Part shown: positions 39,323-49,700 of the stretch, piece by piece
Layout of the letters: every line of letters begins with the position of its first letter
Position numbering within the stretch: the first letter of the stretch is position 1
Virus record (IMG/VR): IMGVR_UViG_2534682207_000010
Span: 12,441-76,440 of that record
Length of the DNA stretch: 64,000 bases
DNA from: a virus
Lineage: Duplodnaviria > Caudoviricetes
Direction: 5' to 3' (one strand)
Position numbers and translations under genes: made by a program
The notes under the pieces: model-generated
The model's input: the letters and a program-made list of their open reading frames with translations, nothing else
What the model was told of the DNA's origin: nothing
Database searches by the model: none

Positions 39323-39934
39323 ATGACAAGAGAACAGGCAAAGAAGAATCTGGTTGCGCTTGGCGTCGAGGAGCCTACTGATGAGCAGGTAACCAATTAC
39401 CTGAATCAGCACAATGGCGAAGTAAAGAAATATCAGGAAGACGCTGAAAAATGGAAAAAAGAAGCTGAAAAGGCGGAGGAGCTGCAAAGCAAACTTGATG
39501 GTCTTGAGCAGCAGAACCTTACCGAATTGGAAAAGGAGAAGAAAGCCAGAGAGGCAGCGGAAAAGAGAACGGCAGATTTACAGAAGCAGCTTACAACTTC
39601 TGCAGTCGAAGCGATTTTCGCAAAAGCAAACCTTTCCGGCGAGGAGTTTTCCGGGATGATTGGCGCATTATCCGGGCTTGATTTGGAGGCGGCAAAGACC
39701 AGCGCAGAATCTTTTGTCAATGGAATCTCCAAACGCGACGAAGCGAACAAGACCCAGTGGCAGAAAGAAACTTTTGACAAAACTCCGAATCCGGGGACCG
39801 GAGGCAAATCCGACCCGGCTGGAGGTGGAGAAGAAAAGAGTGCTGCCGCTGAATATGCGAAACAGTATTCGCAGGAACATAACCCACAGCCGACGGTAGG
39901 CAATCCGGTTTTGGCTGCCACAACAACATTTTAA
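39323..39934 (+). CDS. capsid scaffolding protein
   Basis: MTREQAKK N-terminus, coiled coil, position before capsid genes. Confidence 0.8.
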   Translation: MTREQAKKNLVALGVEEPTDEQVTNYLNQHNGEVKKYQEDAEKWKKEAEKAEELQSKLDGLEQQNLTELEKEKKAREAAEKRTADLQKQLTTSAVEAIFAKANLSGEEFSGMIGALSGLDLEAAKTSAESFVNGISKRDEANKTQWQKETFDKTPNPGTGGKSDPAGGGEEKSAAAEYAKQYSQEHNPQPTVGNPVLAATTTF

Positions 39935-39946
39935 GGAGGATATGAC

Positions 39947-40291
39947 ATGGCTTACATGAAAGTAGAGCAGGGATATAGCCTGCCAAATTTTTTGGAATCT
40001 GCCGTTGGCCTGGTTCAGAAAACCGAGATGGTTACCCAGGAGATGGCAACTACAGTTGACAACAAGAAGCTTATTTATGCTGGAACGGCATTCCCGTCTA
40101 ATGATTCCAAGGCAACTGGTATTGTATTTGAAACTGTTGATATGACTGACGATACAAATCGTCCAGCCAGCGTTATTAAAGCTGGAAGAATCTACGGAAA
40201 TAGATTAAAGACGCCGTTATCCAGCGAAGCCAAGACAGCTTTGGAGAAAAAAGGATTTGTAATTCTTGATGCTCCAGAATGTGAATTTTAA
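39947..40291 (+). CDS. head decoration / capsid-associated protein
   Basis: Position and size; AGTAFPSND..A.GIV pattern. Confidence 0.65.
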   Translation: MAYMKVEQGYSLPNFLESAVGLVQKTEMVTQEMATTVDNKKLIYAGTAFPSNDSKATGIVFETVDMTDDTNRPASVIKAGRIYGNRLKTPLSSEAKTALEKKGFVILDAPECEF

Positions 40292-40305
40292 TTGGAGGTG
40301 TAAAG

Positions 40306-41628
40306 ATGCCATTTAATGTATTGGATACAATTAATGTTACAGAGAGATTAAATTTTTCTCAGAACTTCGCCGTTGCAAGGCCAACCGTTCTGGATACCAT
40401 TTTCCCTGACGTGAAGACACAGCACTTCAAGGCTGAGTATTACCGGCTGATGCAGGGACAGAATTTGCCAACTCCTGCATTTGTGCATGCTCTGGATTCC
40501 GAGGCGCACATCGGTACCAGGCCGACTTTCGAGAAAGTTCTGACTGAGAAACTGTTTATCAAGGAGAAAATCAATCAGTCCGAGCAGTTGCAGATGTACA
40601 TCAACAATGGTGTACCAGATGATGATGGTCTGGTGAACTGGGTGTTTGACGATATGGGCAGATTGTCCGAGAGCGTTGTTACCCGTACCAAGATTGCCAA
40701 AGGTCAGGCAATGAGCCGTGGTGTAATGAAAATCAAGGAAAATAATCTGGATATGTTGATTGATTTTGGTGTACCTGCGGCTCATAAAATCACTTTTGGT
40801 GATTGGTCTAACCCAGAATATGATATCTTTGGCGATATCATGAAAGCAGTTAAAATGCTGAAAGATGAGGGGAAAATTCCGTCCAGAATGCTGACCTCTG
40901 ACACCCAGATTCAGCGAATGAGAAAAAATAAGGGCATCCAGTCCGCAATCTACGGAAACATCAATGCTGGAAGACTGGTTACCATGAATGAACTTCGGTC
41001 TATCATCATGGAGGAGTTCGGCCTTCAAATTGCTACCTGTGATGAAAGATATGCCTACATCAAGGCTGATGGTTCCAGAGTGAATGGTCGCTACTTCGAT
41101 GAGGACAAGGTTACCTTCTATACGGCGGATGTATCTGGTAGGGCCGGTACTGGTTTGTGGGGACCGACTCCGGAGGAGGCTGAGTATGCTGCATTCCAGG
41201 AAGCATTGCAGAAAATGTTTGTAACCGTGACCATGTGGGCGACCGAAGACCCTGTTGCAAAATGGACGAAAGCTTCTGGTATGTTTATCCCGGTCCTTCC
41301 GGACGTATATGGTATGGTAATCGCTACGGTTACTACTGCTGAGAACACTCTTGGCACTCTGACTGTGGAATCATCCGCCGGTTCTGCAAGCGGAGCAACG
41401 AAACTGACTGTTTCCCCGGCAAAGGCAAGCGGAAATTCATATAAGTATAAAATAGGTGATTCCGAAACCGCTGTTGTTTTCGGTCAGAATGTCCAGACCT
41501 GGACTGCATGGGATGGCTCTGCTGACATTACAGCGCAGACTGGAAAGACCATTACCGTAGTTGAGTGCGATTCAGCATACAAGGCTCTGAAAGCCGGTAG
41601 CGCAACGGTGACCGCAAAGGCAGGTTGA
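40306..41628 (+). CDS. major capsid protein (lambda E-like) with C-terminal Ig-like extension
   Basis: Position; LDTIFPDVKT, C-terminal Thr/Ser/Ala-rich beta domain. Confidence 0.85.
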   Translation: MPFNVLDTINVTERLNFSQNFAVARPTVLDTIFPDVKTQHFKAEYYRLMQGQNLPTPAFVHALDSEAHIGTRPTFEKVLTEKLFIKEKINQSEQLQMYINNGVPDDDGLVNWVFDDMGRLSESVVTRTKIAKGQAMSRGVMKIKENNLDMLIDFGVPAAHKITFGDWSNPEYDIFGDIMKAVKMLKDEGKIPSRMLTSDTQIQRMRKNKGIQSAIYGNINAGRLVTMNELRSIIMEEFGLQIATCDERYAYIKADGSRVNGRYFDEDKVTFYTADVSGRAGTGLWGPTPEEAEYAAFQEALQKMFVTVTMWATEDPVAKWTKASGMFIPVLPDVYGMVIATVTTAENTLGTLTVESSAGSASGATKLTVSPAKASGNSYKYKIGDSETAVVFGQNVQTWTAWDGSADITAQTGKTITVVECDSAYKALKAGSATVTAKAG

Positions 41629-41644
41629 TTGTGAGGTGAAATGA

Positions 41645-41965
41645 GTGGAAGCGGAGATTCTGGATGATGTAATTACATATCTTGGTGACGAGGTGGCCGA
41701 AAAAGATGTGTCGGTTCTGTCCATCTTAATCCAGAGAGCAATCCGAAAAGTATGTGCGAAACGGTATCCGTTTGGATACACGGACACGGAGAAAGAGACA
41801 GCGGTTGAGCGGTATCGTGATACGATATTTGCCGCCGCTGTTTACTATTGGGCGAAACAAGGGGCTGATGGTGAAAGTTCTCACAGCGAGAATGGAATCA
41901 GCCGAGCATATGAGAAAGAAGACGATATCTATTTTGATGTTGTCCCGATGGCAAAAATTTTCTGA
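41645..41965 (+). CDS. head-tail connector (SPP1 gp15-like)
   Basis: GADGESSHSENGISRAY motif. Confidence 0.85.
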   Translation: MEAEILDDVITYLGDEVAEKDVSVLSILIQRAIRKVCAKRYPFGYTDTEKETAVERYRDTIFAAAVYYWAKQGADGESSHSENGISRAYEKEDDIYFDVVPMAKIF

Positions 41966-42107
41966 ACCGTATGTAATTCCAAAAGTTGACTCTCCTTTTA
42001 AAAGACGGTGCGTGTCTGGCCGATACCTTCCCGGCCGGGCGCAGGGTGTGTGCTGTGAATGGTGGTGGGCAAGCGCACTTTTTTTTGTGGAGGTAGTGGA
42101 GGTAACG

Positions 42108-42722
42108 ATGAAGATATTTTTCGATACAGAGTTTACAGGATTACATAAAGACACAACGCTGATAAGTCTTGGTTGCGTGGCAGAGGACGGTAAGACATTT
42201 TATGCTGAGTTCACTGATTACGATGGAACTCAATGCAATAACTGGATTCGAGAAAATGTTATCCAGCATTTGATTGTTTCAAAAGACGGAATTGACAGGT
42301 GGGTGCATTATGCTTCTGAACAGTTAAAGTCCACAGAAGCGTGTGTCAGAACGAACGGATATTGCACGATTATGAGAGGAAATAGGGATTTGATTGCTGT
42401 TGAGTTAAGAGATTGGCTCAAGCAATTCGATTCTGTCCAGTTCATTTCTGACGTTTGCCATTATGATTTTGTCCTTCTGATTGACCTTTTCGGCACAGCG
42501 TTTGACCTGCCGGAGAACGTGTCGGCCAGTTGTCATGACATTAATCAGGATATTTCCCGGCATTATAGTATTTCTGAAAGAGAAGCCTTTGACAAGTCCA
42601 GAGAGGAAATTGTTGCGGAGTTGTGTTCTGGTGAGATTTCAGGCGTTAAGCACAATGCGCTGTATGACGCAAGAGTGATTAAAGCGATTTATGAGGAAAT
42701 TTGTGGAGGTAAAGAAGAATGA
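42108..42722 (+). CDS. DEDD 3'-5' exonuclease-like protein
   Basis: KIFFDTEFTG...LISLG, YDFVLL, KHNALYDA. Confidence 0.85.
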   Translation: MKIFFDTEFTGLHKDTTLISLGCVAEDGKTFYAEFTDYDGTQCNNWIRENVIQHLIVSKDGIDRWVHYASEQLKSTEACVRTNGYCTIMRGNRDLIAVELRDWLKQFDSVQFISDVCHYDFVLLIDLFGTAFDLPENVSASCHDINQDISRHYSISEREAFDKSREEIVAELCSGEISGVKHNALYDARVIKAIYEEICGGKEE

Positions 42723-43204
42723 TTTTTAAAGAAGCTTATGAGGCTCTGAAACAGGGCACAGATATAAAAAGACCATCATGGAAAGGTTTCTGGCGTAAAG
42801 AGAATGGCACGATTGTCATGTATTGCAAAGATGGTTCAAAGGTTCCATTCATGGAAACAGAATGTATCTTTGTTGATATCGACCACATGATGGCCGATGA
42901 TTGGGAAATTGTTGACGGGGATTCCATTACGGGACTTGACGTGTCCACTTTTACATTCGGCGAGGCAATATCTCGTATGAAGAGAGGAGAGCGTGTTGCC
43001 CGTAAGGGCTGGAATGGAAAAAATCAGTACATTCAGCTGGCAACTAATATCAGCTATATTGACGCAGAGGGAAACGCTGTGAATGTGGAGCATGAAGCAA
43101 TCGGAAATAAAGCCATTGCCTTTGTCGGAACGTCTGGAGTGCAGATGGGATGGCTTGCTTCACAGGCTGATATGCTGGCAGAGGACTGGAGGGTAGCGGA
43201 ATGA
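42719..43204 (+). CDS. DUF2829 (Tad2-like) protein, two-domain
   Basis: F.EA...LK.G...R..W twice; GWLASQADMLAEDW. Confidence 0.85.
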   Translation: MIFKEAYEALKQGTDIKRPSWKGFWRKENGTIVMYCKDGSKVPFMETECIFVDIDHMMADDWEIVDGDSITGLDVSTFTFGEAISRMKRGERVARKGWNGKNQYIQLATNISYIDAEGNAVNVEHEAIGNKAIAFVGTSGVQMGWLASQADMLAEDWRVAE

Positions 43205-43533
43205 ATTTTGGACAGGCATTTGAACAGGTAAAACAGGGTAAGGGCATGAGGCTGCCACAGTGGAAAGAGGATGTGGTTATCCGCTGTGCGTTTCCTCCGG
43301 ATATGAAGGATACTAGAGCGGGAATCGCCCATGCCATTTGTACGGATGTGTGTTTAGCACTTAATAAGGAATTAACAGAGGCGCAGGAAAGCACGATTCG
43401 CGCGGCGGTAAGAAATCGAATTGGCGAGCAAATGACAGCCCCATATCTTTATGTGGAGAGCCGCTTCGGGCGTGTGCCGTGGAAAGAGACCATGATTGAA
43501 CTGTTTTCCGAGGACTGGGAAGTGGTTGAGTAA
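43201..43533 (+). CDS. DUF2829 (Tad2-like) protein
   Basis: MNFGQAFEQVKQGKGMRLPQW...PWKETMIELFSEDWEVV. Confidence 0.75.
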   Translation: MNFGQAFEQVKQGKGMRLPQWKEDVVIRCAFPPDMKDTRAGIAHAICTDVCLALNKELTEAQESTIRAAVRNRIGEQMTAPYLYVESRFGRVPWKETMIELFSEDWEVVE

Positions 43534-43548
43534 TAAGGCGGTAGTGCT

Positions 43549-43986
43549 ATGAGAGGACTGAAACGCAATAAGCAAAAGATGTGGTATCAGCTCTATTCAG
43601 AACACATTCCGGTCTATGAGACAGACCTTGATGGTAACATCATCTATGACCCCGTGACCGGAGAACCACTTATAACGGGAGATTTTACCGTTGGATATGC
43701 TGACCCTGTGGAGTTTCGGGCGAATGTATCAGCCGCCAGAGGAGAAGCGAATACAGACCCATTCGGCGTTGATTTGGCGTATGACAAAACTGTTGCCACC
43801 TGTGACATGAATTTACCGATTGATGAATTGTCGGTGTTATTCGTGGATAAGAAGCCGGAATTTGGTGCAGATAGGAAGTTGACCAATAAGCCGGATTATA
43901 AGGTAGTCAAGGTCGCAAAGAGCCTTAATTCGGTGTTGTATGCGATTCGGAAAGTGACGGAGGGAAAGCAAAATGATTCGGCATGA
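43549..43986 (+). CDS. head closure / head-tail adaptor
   Basis: MRGLKRNKQKMWY...F.ANVSAARGEA...FG family; position. Confidence 0.7.
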   Translation: MRGLKRNKQKMWYQLYSEHIPVYETDLDGNIIYDPVTGEPLITGDFTVGYADPVEFRANVSAARGEANTDPFGVDLAYDKTVATCDMNLPIDELSVLFVDKKPEFGADRKLTNKPDYKVVKVAKSLNSVLYAIRKVTEGKQNDSA

Positions 43987-44242
43987 AACATATAGCTTTG
44001 ACCAGTGCAAAGTAACATTTAATAAGGATATTTATTCAGCCATTCTGGAACGAAGAGAAGGAAAAGAAGAACAATATCCAACAGTTCTACTGGATTATCG
44101 ACCGATAGGAGAAGACAGAGTTGATTTACGAACGATTCCTTGTATTTTGGAATTTAAGAATGAGAAAGCCATTGACGATTTGATTCGCGTTCTCAAGCAT
44201 CTGAAAGAAAGCTGGAAAGAGGCAGGGGAGACAAATGGCTAA
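43973..44242 (+). CDS. hypothetical protein
   Basis: Coupled ORF within neck genes. Confidence 0.6.
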   Translation: MIRHETYSFDQCKVTFNKDIYSAILERREGKEEQYPTVLLDYRPIGEDRVDLRTIPCILEFKNEKAIDDLIRVLKHLKESWKEAGETNG

Positions 44243-44765
44243 GAGAGTAATCCGAGGCGAACTATCCTCAAAAGGAATCCGGAGCATTATTGACCAGCTT
44301 CAGGACTACAAACAGGACTTGCACCGTAAGGTTGAATTGCTGTGTCAAAGACTGACAGAAGCCGGATTAACCGTGGCACAAGAGAAAGTTGGAGAGTCGC
44401 CGCTTGGTAAGACAATTTCCCTGCGGATTGATATGGAGCCGTCAAAGGCAGGAAGTAAGGCTATGCTGATTGCTTCTGGCCAGACGAAATCAAATGATTA
44501 TGGAACGGTTTCTACTTTACTTTTGGTTGAGTTTGGCGCGGGCGTATTCTACAATCCATCAGACAATCCGAAAGCTGGGGAAATGGGGTATGGAATCGGT
44601 ACTTTCCCCGGACAGATTCATGCCTTTGAAGATGGATGGTATTACTGGGGCGAAGATGAGAAGTGGCATTACACTCATGGCACAAAAGCCACAATGCCTA
44701 TGTATAACGCTTCGGTGGCTATCCGGGAGCAGGTAGTGGCGATTGCAAAGGAGGTGTTCGGATAA
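44235..44765 (+). CDS. tail completion / neck protein (HK97 gp10-like)
   Basis: LLVEFGAG...HGTKATMPMY pattern. Confidence 0.7.
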   Translation: MAKRVIRGELSSKGIRSIIDQLQDYKQDLHRKVELLCQRLTEAGLTVAQEKVGESPLGKTISLRIDMEPSKAGSKAMLIASGQTKSNDYGTVSTLLLVEFGAGVFYNPSDNPKAGEMGYGIGTFPGQIHAFEDGWYYWGEDEKWHYTHGTKATMPMYNASVAIREQVVAIAKEVFG

Positions 44766-45148
44766 TGCTTGACATTTCCTCACTGGTCTATTCCAGACTG
44801 ATAAACAACGAGCAGATGAAGAAATATCTGAAAGGTAGCGGTACAACTAAGAATGACACTCCATCGGCATTTCCGTATTTGTACATGAAAACATTGGGGG
44901 AGCCAACAACCAGTTCTTCCTTACAGAATAAGCAATGCGCCATACAAGCTGCTTTTGAGATTACTATTTATGATTCTACTTCAAGTACCAAAGCGAAGCA
45001 GCTAATCTTTCTGGCGGCTGACCTTATGCAGAAGATGGGATTTACAATGAATTACGGTCCGACTGAGATTGACCGTGCAAGTACAACAGAAGCATATCGC
45101 TGGATTGCAAGGTTTAAAAGAACCTATTGCGAGGGCGATTTGATATAG
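44765..45148 (+). CDS. tail terminator protein
   Basis: FPYLY...AAFEITIY pattern; position before tail tube. Confidence 0.7.
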   Translation: MLDISSLVYSRLINNEQMKKYLKGSGTTKNDTPSAFPYLYMKTLGEPTTSSSLQNKQCAIQAAFEITIYDSTSSTKAKQLIFLAADLMQKMGFTMNYGPTEIDRASTTEAYRWIARFKRTYCEGDLI

Positions 45149-45225
45149 CAACTACATAACCTTTGAGCCATGCAGGAAACTGTGTGGTTCTTTTTTTATT
45201 CCAAATTTTAAGGAGGATATGAACC

Positions 45226-45723
45226 ATGGGTAAAAATTTTATAGACCTTTCTACGGCAGGCATCCAGGTTGGATATGGGATTGAAGGGACGGCAGGCCAA
45301 AAACCATCAAAGTTTACCGACCTGCCAAACCCAAAGGCAATACCTGATTTCAATCCGGAAACAGCGACTTACGATGTTACGTCTCTGAACGACACAGTTT
45401 GGAAGCGTTACATTGATGGACTGAAAGACCCAGGTGGAGCGATTGCGATTACGTTCGGAATGTCTGATGGATTCCGAGAGATGTGGAAAGGTATTTGTAC
45501 CGAATACGAAAGTGCAAAAACATCTGGGAAACGCATGTGGATGGAATTTTTCCACCCTGGATTGACTGAGGCATTTTTCTTTACCTGTACTCCATCAAGT
45601 CTAGGATGGTCCGCAACTGATGTGGATAGTGCTTGGGACACCACGGTATCGGTAACACCAACTGGGGAAATTGGGTGGGCAGAGCCAATTAAGCCTACAC
45701 CAAAGGAACAGATTGGGGAATAA
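45226..45723 (+). CDS. major tail tube protein
   Basis: IPDFNPETATYDVTSL...YIDGLKDPGG. Confidence 0.85.
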   Translation: MGKNFIDLSTAGIQVGYGIEGTAGQKPSKFTDLPNPKAIPDFNPETATYDVTSLNDTVWKRYIDGLKDPGGAIAITFGMSDGFREMWKGICTEYESAKTSGKRMWMEFFHPGLTEAFFFTCTPSSLGWSATDVDSAWDTTVSVTPTGEIGWAEPIKPTPKEQIGE

Positions 45724-45740
45724 AGAAAACTGGGAGGTAA

Positions 45741-46271
45741 ATGAACATGAGAATTTTGACGATTGGCGGCAAGGAATATCAAATTGAATTTTCCTTTGAT
45801 GCGGCAGAGTATAAGGCTTGTGTGGACAAAGTTTTTAAAGTGGTTTCTGGCGGCTACATTATGAAGCGTGGAATCACTGAAAAAGATGGAAAGGCTGAAA
45901 TAGCAGAGGCGCTGACGGATAGCACAGCAGACATGTTTTCTGATATAGCGTCTTTATCAATTACATGCCTGTATGCAGGCCTTCTGGAAAATAATCCAGT
46001 TGAGGATGAAAAAGCCGCGAGACAGCTACTTAAACAGTTTGTAAAGGAAAATCCAGACGATGGCCGTGCATCTTATTTCGGAATGTATGAATTCTTGAAG
46101 GAATGCATGGAGGAAGATGGTTTTTTCAAATTGACCGGACTGGACAGGTATCTGAAGGACATGTCCGAATCAATGGCGAAGGCAATAAAGGAAGCAGAAA
46201 AGGAGACAGAACGGTCCACATTGCCGAAGGTTCCGACAGACCCAAAGAGGAAGTCAACTTCCACAAAATAA
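45741..46271 (+). CDS. tail assembly chaperone
   Basis: Position between tube and tape measure; slippery heptamer CCCAAAG at 46241-46247. Confidence 0.78.
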   Translation: MNMRILTIGGKEYQIEFSFDAAEYKACVDKVFKVVSGGYIMKRGITEKDGKAEIAEALTDSTADMFSDIASLSITCLYAGLLENNPVEDEKAARQLLKQFVKENPDDGRASYFGMYEFLKECMEEDGFFKLTGLDRYLKDMSESMAKAIKEAEKETERSTLPKVPTDPKRKSTSTK

Positions 46272-46630
46272 TTTGGGAGCATTATCTTCCGCTTGCGCTA
46301 AAAATAGGTGTCCCTTATGAATTGTTCTGGCACCTCAATCCAACAAAACTGATTCCGTTTATTAAAGCATATGGACAGAAACAGCAAGAGCGAAGTGATG
46401 AAATGTGGATGATGGGTCAGTTTGTTATGGCGGCATTAGATGCAACTGTATGTAACATGATGCCTTTCGTTAAACGCAAAGGAAAAGGAAAATACCCTGA
46501 AAAGCCATATCGGGTAATTCCTATGACGGAAGAAGAAAGGCGGCAGGAAGAAGATAAAGAATTGCAAAAATTCCTTGGTTTTGCGGATTCGTTTGAGAAA
46601 GATGTGAAAAAGAAAAATGAGGGCATGTAG
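46241..46630 (+). CDS. -1 frameshift extension of tail assembly chaperone (G-T type)
   Basis: -1 frame stays open to 46630 with FWHLNPTKL pattern. Confidence 0.65.
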   Translation, partial: PKEEVNFHKIIWEHYLPLALKIGVPYELFWHLNPTKLIPFIKAYGQKQQERSDEMWMMGQFVMAALDATVCNMMPFVKRKGKGKYPEKPYRVIPMTEEERRQEEDKELQKFLGFADSFEKDVKKKNEGM

Positions 46631-46742
46631 GTGTTACAGCCTATTTGCCTATTTTAACAACATAGTTTCCATAAATCAATAGGGCGAGTGACTAAAGCAG
46701 TTACCCGCCTTTTTTTATATGCAGAAAAGGTAGGTGAATATC

Positions 46743-49700
46743 ATGTCAGATGTAATTGATGATTTAAAAGTCCAAATAGACGCTAGTACGCAGAGCGCAG
46801 ATGCGAAATTGGATAAGTTCATTGCAAAGATGATGAAACTCCAGTCCACAATTACTGGTCTGGAAATGTCCAATGTAAGTAATATTGCTTCCGGAATTAA
46901 TCAGATATCGGCGTCCATTCAGAATTTTAATAACAGAACAAAGACGGCAGATTTTAGTAGAGTTGCTACTGGAATGAATAAACTGGCAACAGTAGATGCC
47001 CAGGGAGTTGCAGCGACAGCTCAGGCCATGTCCACATTTGCAGCTAATATGATGGGGCTTAATGATGTTCATGTGGATTCTGATGGGATTTCTAACATAG
47101 CCAATGCCATATCCAAACTAGGGCGGGCAACAGTGACAGAGGCGACGCAGAATTTGGAGTTTCTGAAAACCAGTATGAAAGATTTTATTACTGGAATGAA
47201 TGGTGCCGGAAGTTTAACTTTTGATGCGAATGGACTAGTATCGCTGGTAAATAGCGTGAGCCGACTTGGAAGCACAAATGCTACGCAGTCGGTCAAGAAT
47301 CTTCCGCAGATTTCCACAGCCTTAAGGGGATTCATTACGAGTATGAATACTGTTGGAAGTGTCGCGTTCGATTTTGCTGGGCTTAATAATCTTGTGAGCA
47401 ATATTACCAGATTAGGTGGTGCAAAAGCAACACAGGCCGCAACAAATCTGAAACCGATAAAGGACCAGATATTGAGATTCGTGAGTGGTTTGAATGGGAT
47501 AGGTTCACTTAGCTTTGATACAACCAGTCTGGCTAATCTTGTTTCTTCCATTACTAAACTGGGAGGCAAGGCGGCCACAACGGCGATTCCTAATATTCAG
47601 GCACTTGGTACGGCATTGACCCAATTAATGGCAACATTATCCCATGCACCAGCTGTAAGCCAAAATCTTATACAAATGACAACAGCTCTGGCTAACCTGG
47701 CCGGAAATGGTTCAAGGGTTAGCAGTGCATCGACGGCGATGTACCGAGGATTAAACTTATATTCCAGTAGCGCAAGTAGAGCGACCAAAGCTACAAAAGG
47801 TTTAGTTTCCCAAATTGGTATGTTCTATGCCAAGTGTTTCTTGCTGATTCGTGGAGCCAAAGCATTGTGGAAGGCCACAGAATCATCCATGGATTATATT
47901 GAGACATTGAATTATTTTGACGCTGCATGGGGGCAGGTCGCTGGGAATGCGGCAGGAGAGTGGAAGAAAGCTGGTTATGAGTCTGCTGAAGCTTATGCTA
48001 AATCTTTCAGTGAGAGAGCAAAAGCATTGACAGGTAAAATGACAGGATTTCAACCAGATGCATATGGGAATCTAATAGCAACTGGAATGCCCAGTCTTGG
48101 ATTGGACCCAGAAAAGCTTATGAATTATCAAGCTACTTTTGGTCAAATGGCATCCTCTATGGGTGTTGCTTCTGAAACTGCTTTGAAGTTATCCAATGCC
48201 CTTACTATGATTGGAGCGGATTTAGCTTCCGTAAAGAATCTTAAGTTTGAGGATGTATGGCAGGATATGGCATCTGGCATGGTCGGTATGAGCCGAACAT
48301 TGGATAAGTACGGTGTCAATATTCGTAATGTGAATCTGCAAGAGAAATTATATGAGTTAGGTATAGATGCTAAAATTGCAAAACTGGGACAGCAGGACAA
48401 GGCACTTTTACGGACTATTATTTTACTCCAATCTACTAAATATGCGTGGGGTGATATGGCTGATACGATAGGACAGCCAGCAAACCAGTTACGCCTGTTA
48501 CAGGCTAATTTTGCAAATTTGGCACGAACAATAGGTAACTTGCTTCTGCCTATAGTATCAAAAGTCCTTCCATACATAAACGCGCTGGTAATCGCCATAC
48601 AAAGGCTATTTTCTTGGATAGGCGGTTTGTTGGGAATAAAGATAGGTGGTTTTAGTTCTTCGGTTGGTTCTGCGGCTACGGATTTTGGGGATATGGAAGA
48701 TGCTGCTGACGGTATTGCAGATAGTACCGGTGATGCTGCAAAGAACACAAAGAAGATGGCAGACAACCTCCAGGAATTCGATACATTGAATGTTATTAAT
48801 TCGCAAAAAGATTCCGGTAGCGGTGGAAGTGGTTCTGGCGGAGGTGCTGGTGGCCTGTTGGATGATGCTTTCAATGATGCGTTTGCTGAATATCAGCTGG
48901 CATGGGATAAGGCATTTGCGAACATGGAGAACTCAGCCCAAGAATTAGCTGATAAAATCACGAGGGCATTTCAACGTATTTGGGAGGCCGCAGAACCAAC
49001 CAGGGAATCTTTAAAGAGACTTTGGAATGAAGGGCTTGCTCGTTTGGGAGATTTTACATGGACTGCTTTGAAAGATTTTTGGAGTGAATTTTTGGTTCCT
49101 GTAGGAAAATGGACGCTTGGAACCGGACTGCCTATGCTCGTTGACAATATAAATGCTTTTTTGATGAAGATTGATTTTCCGGCGATTAATGATGCTCTGC
49201 GGAACTTCTGGCAGGCCCTCACTCCTTTCGCAACAAAAGTGGGGGAAGGTCTTATTGAGTTTTTTGGAGATTTACTGTCTATAGGTGCAGACTTTATTAA
49301 CTTTACTGTCCCTAATGGTATAAACAGAGTAGCGGAGGCTCTAAGAAAGATTTCGCCAGATACAGCTGAAAAGATTGGATATGCTCTTGGCGTAGTTGCA
49401 ACCGGGATTATGGGATTTAAGACTATAGATGTTGCGGTTAAGGGTGTAAAAAATATCTATAGTCCATTGCAAAAACTTTTTAAGTTAGTAGGCCCCATGA
49501 AGTATGTTGCAATTGCAGGTGGGATTGCTGGGCTTGTCTTTGCACTAGATAAGTTCGGCGTGATTGATGTGAATTGGTCTGTTTTAGCTACAGGATTTAA
49601 AAATTTGGCATCAGCGCTTGGAAAGTTTGTTTCTGGTATTGGGCAGGGACTCATTAATTTCATTAAAGGGATTACCCCGATTGTATCTCCGACGCTCGAA

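Noticed and set aside
41754-42107. N-terminal extension of the exonuclease ORF
   Set aside because: Overlaps the connector gene and a terminator-like hairpin; strong GGAGGT RBS supports ATG 42108.
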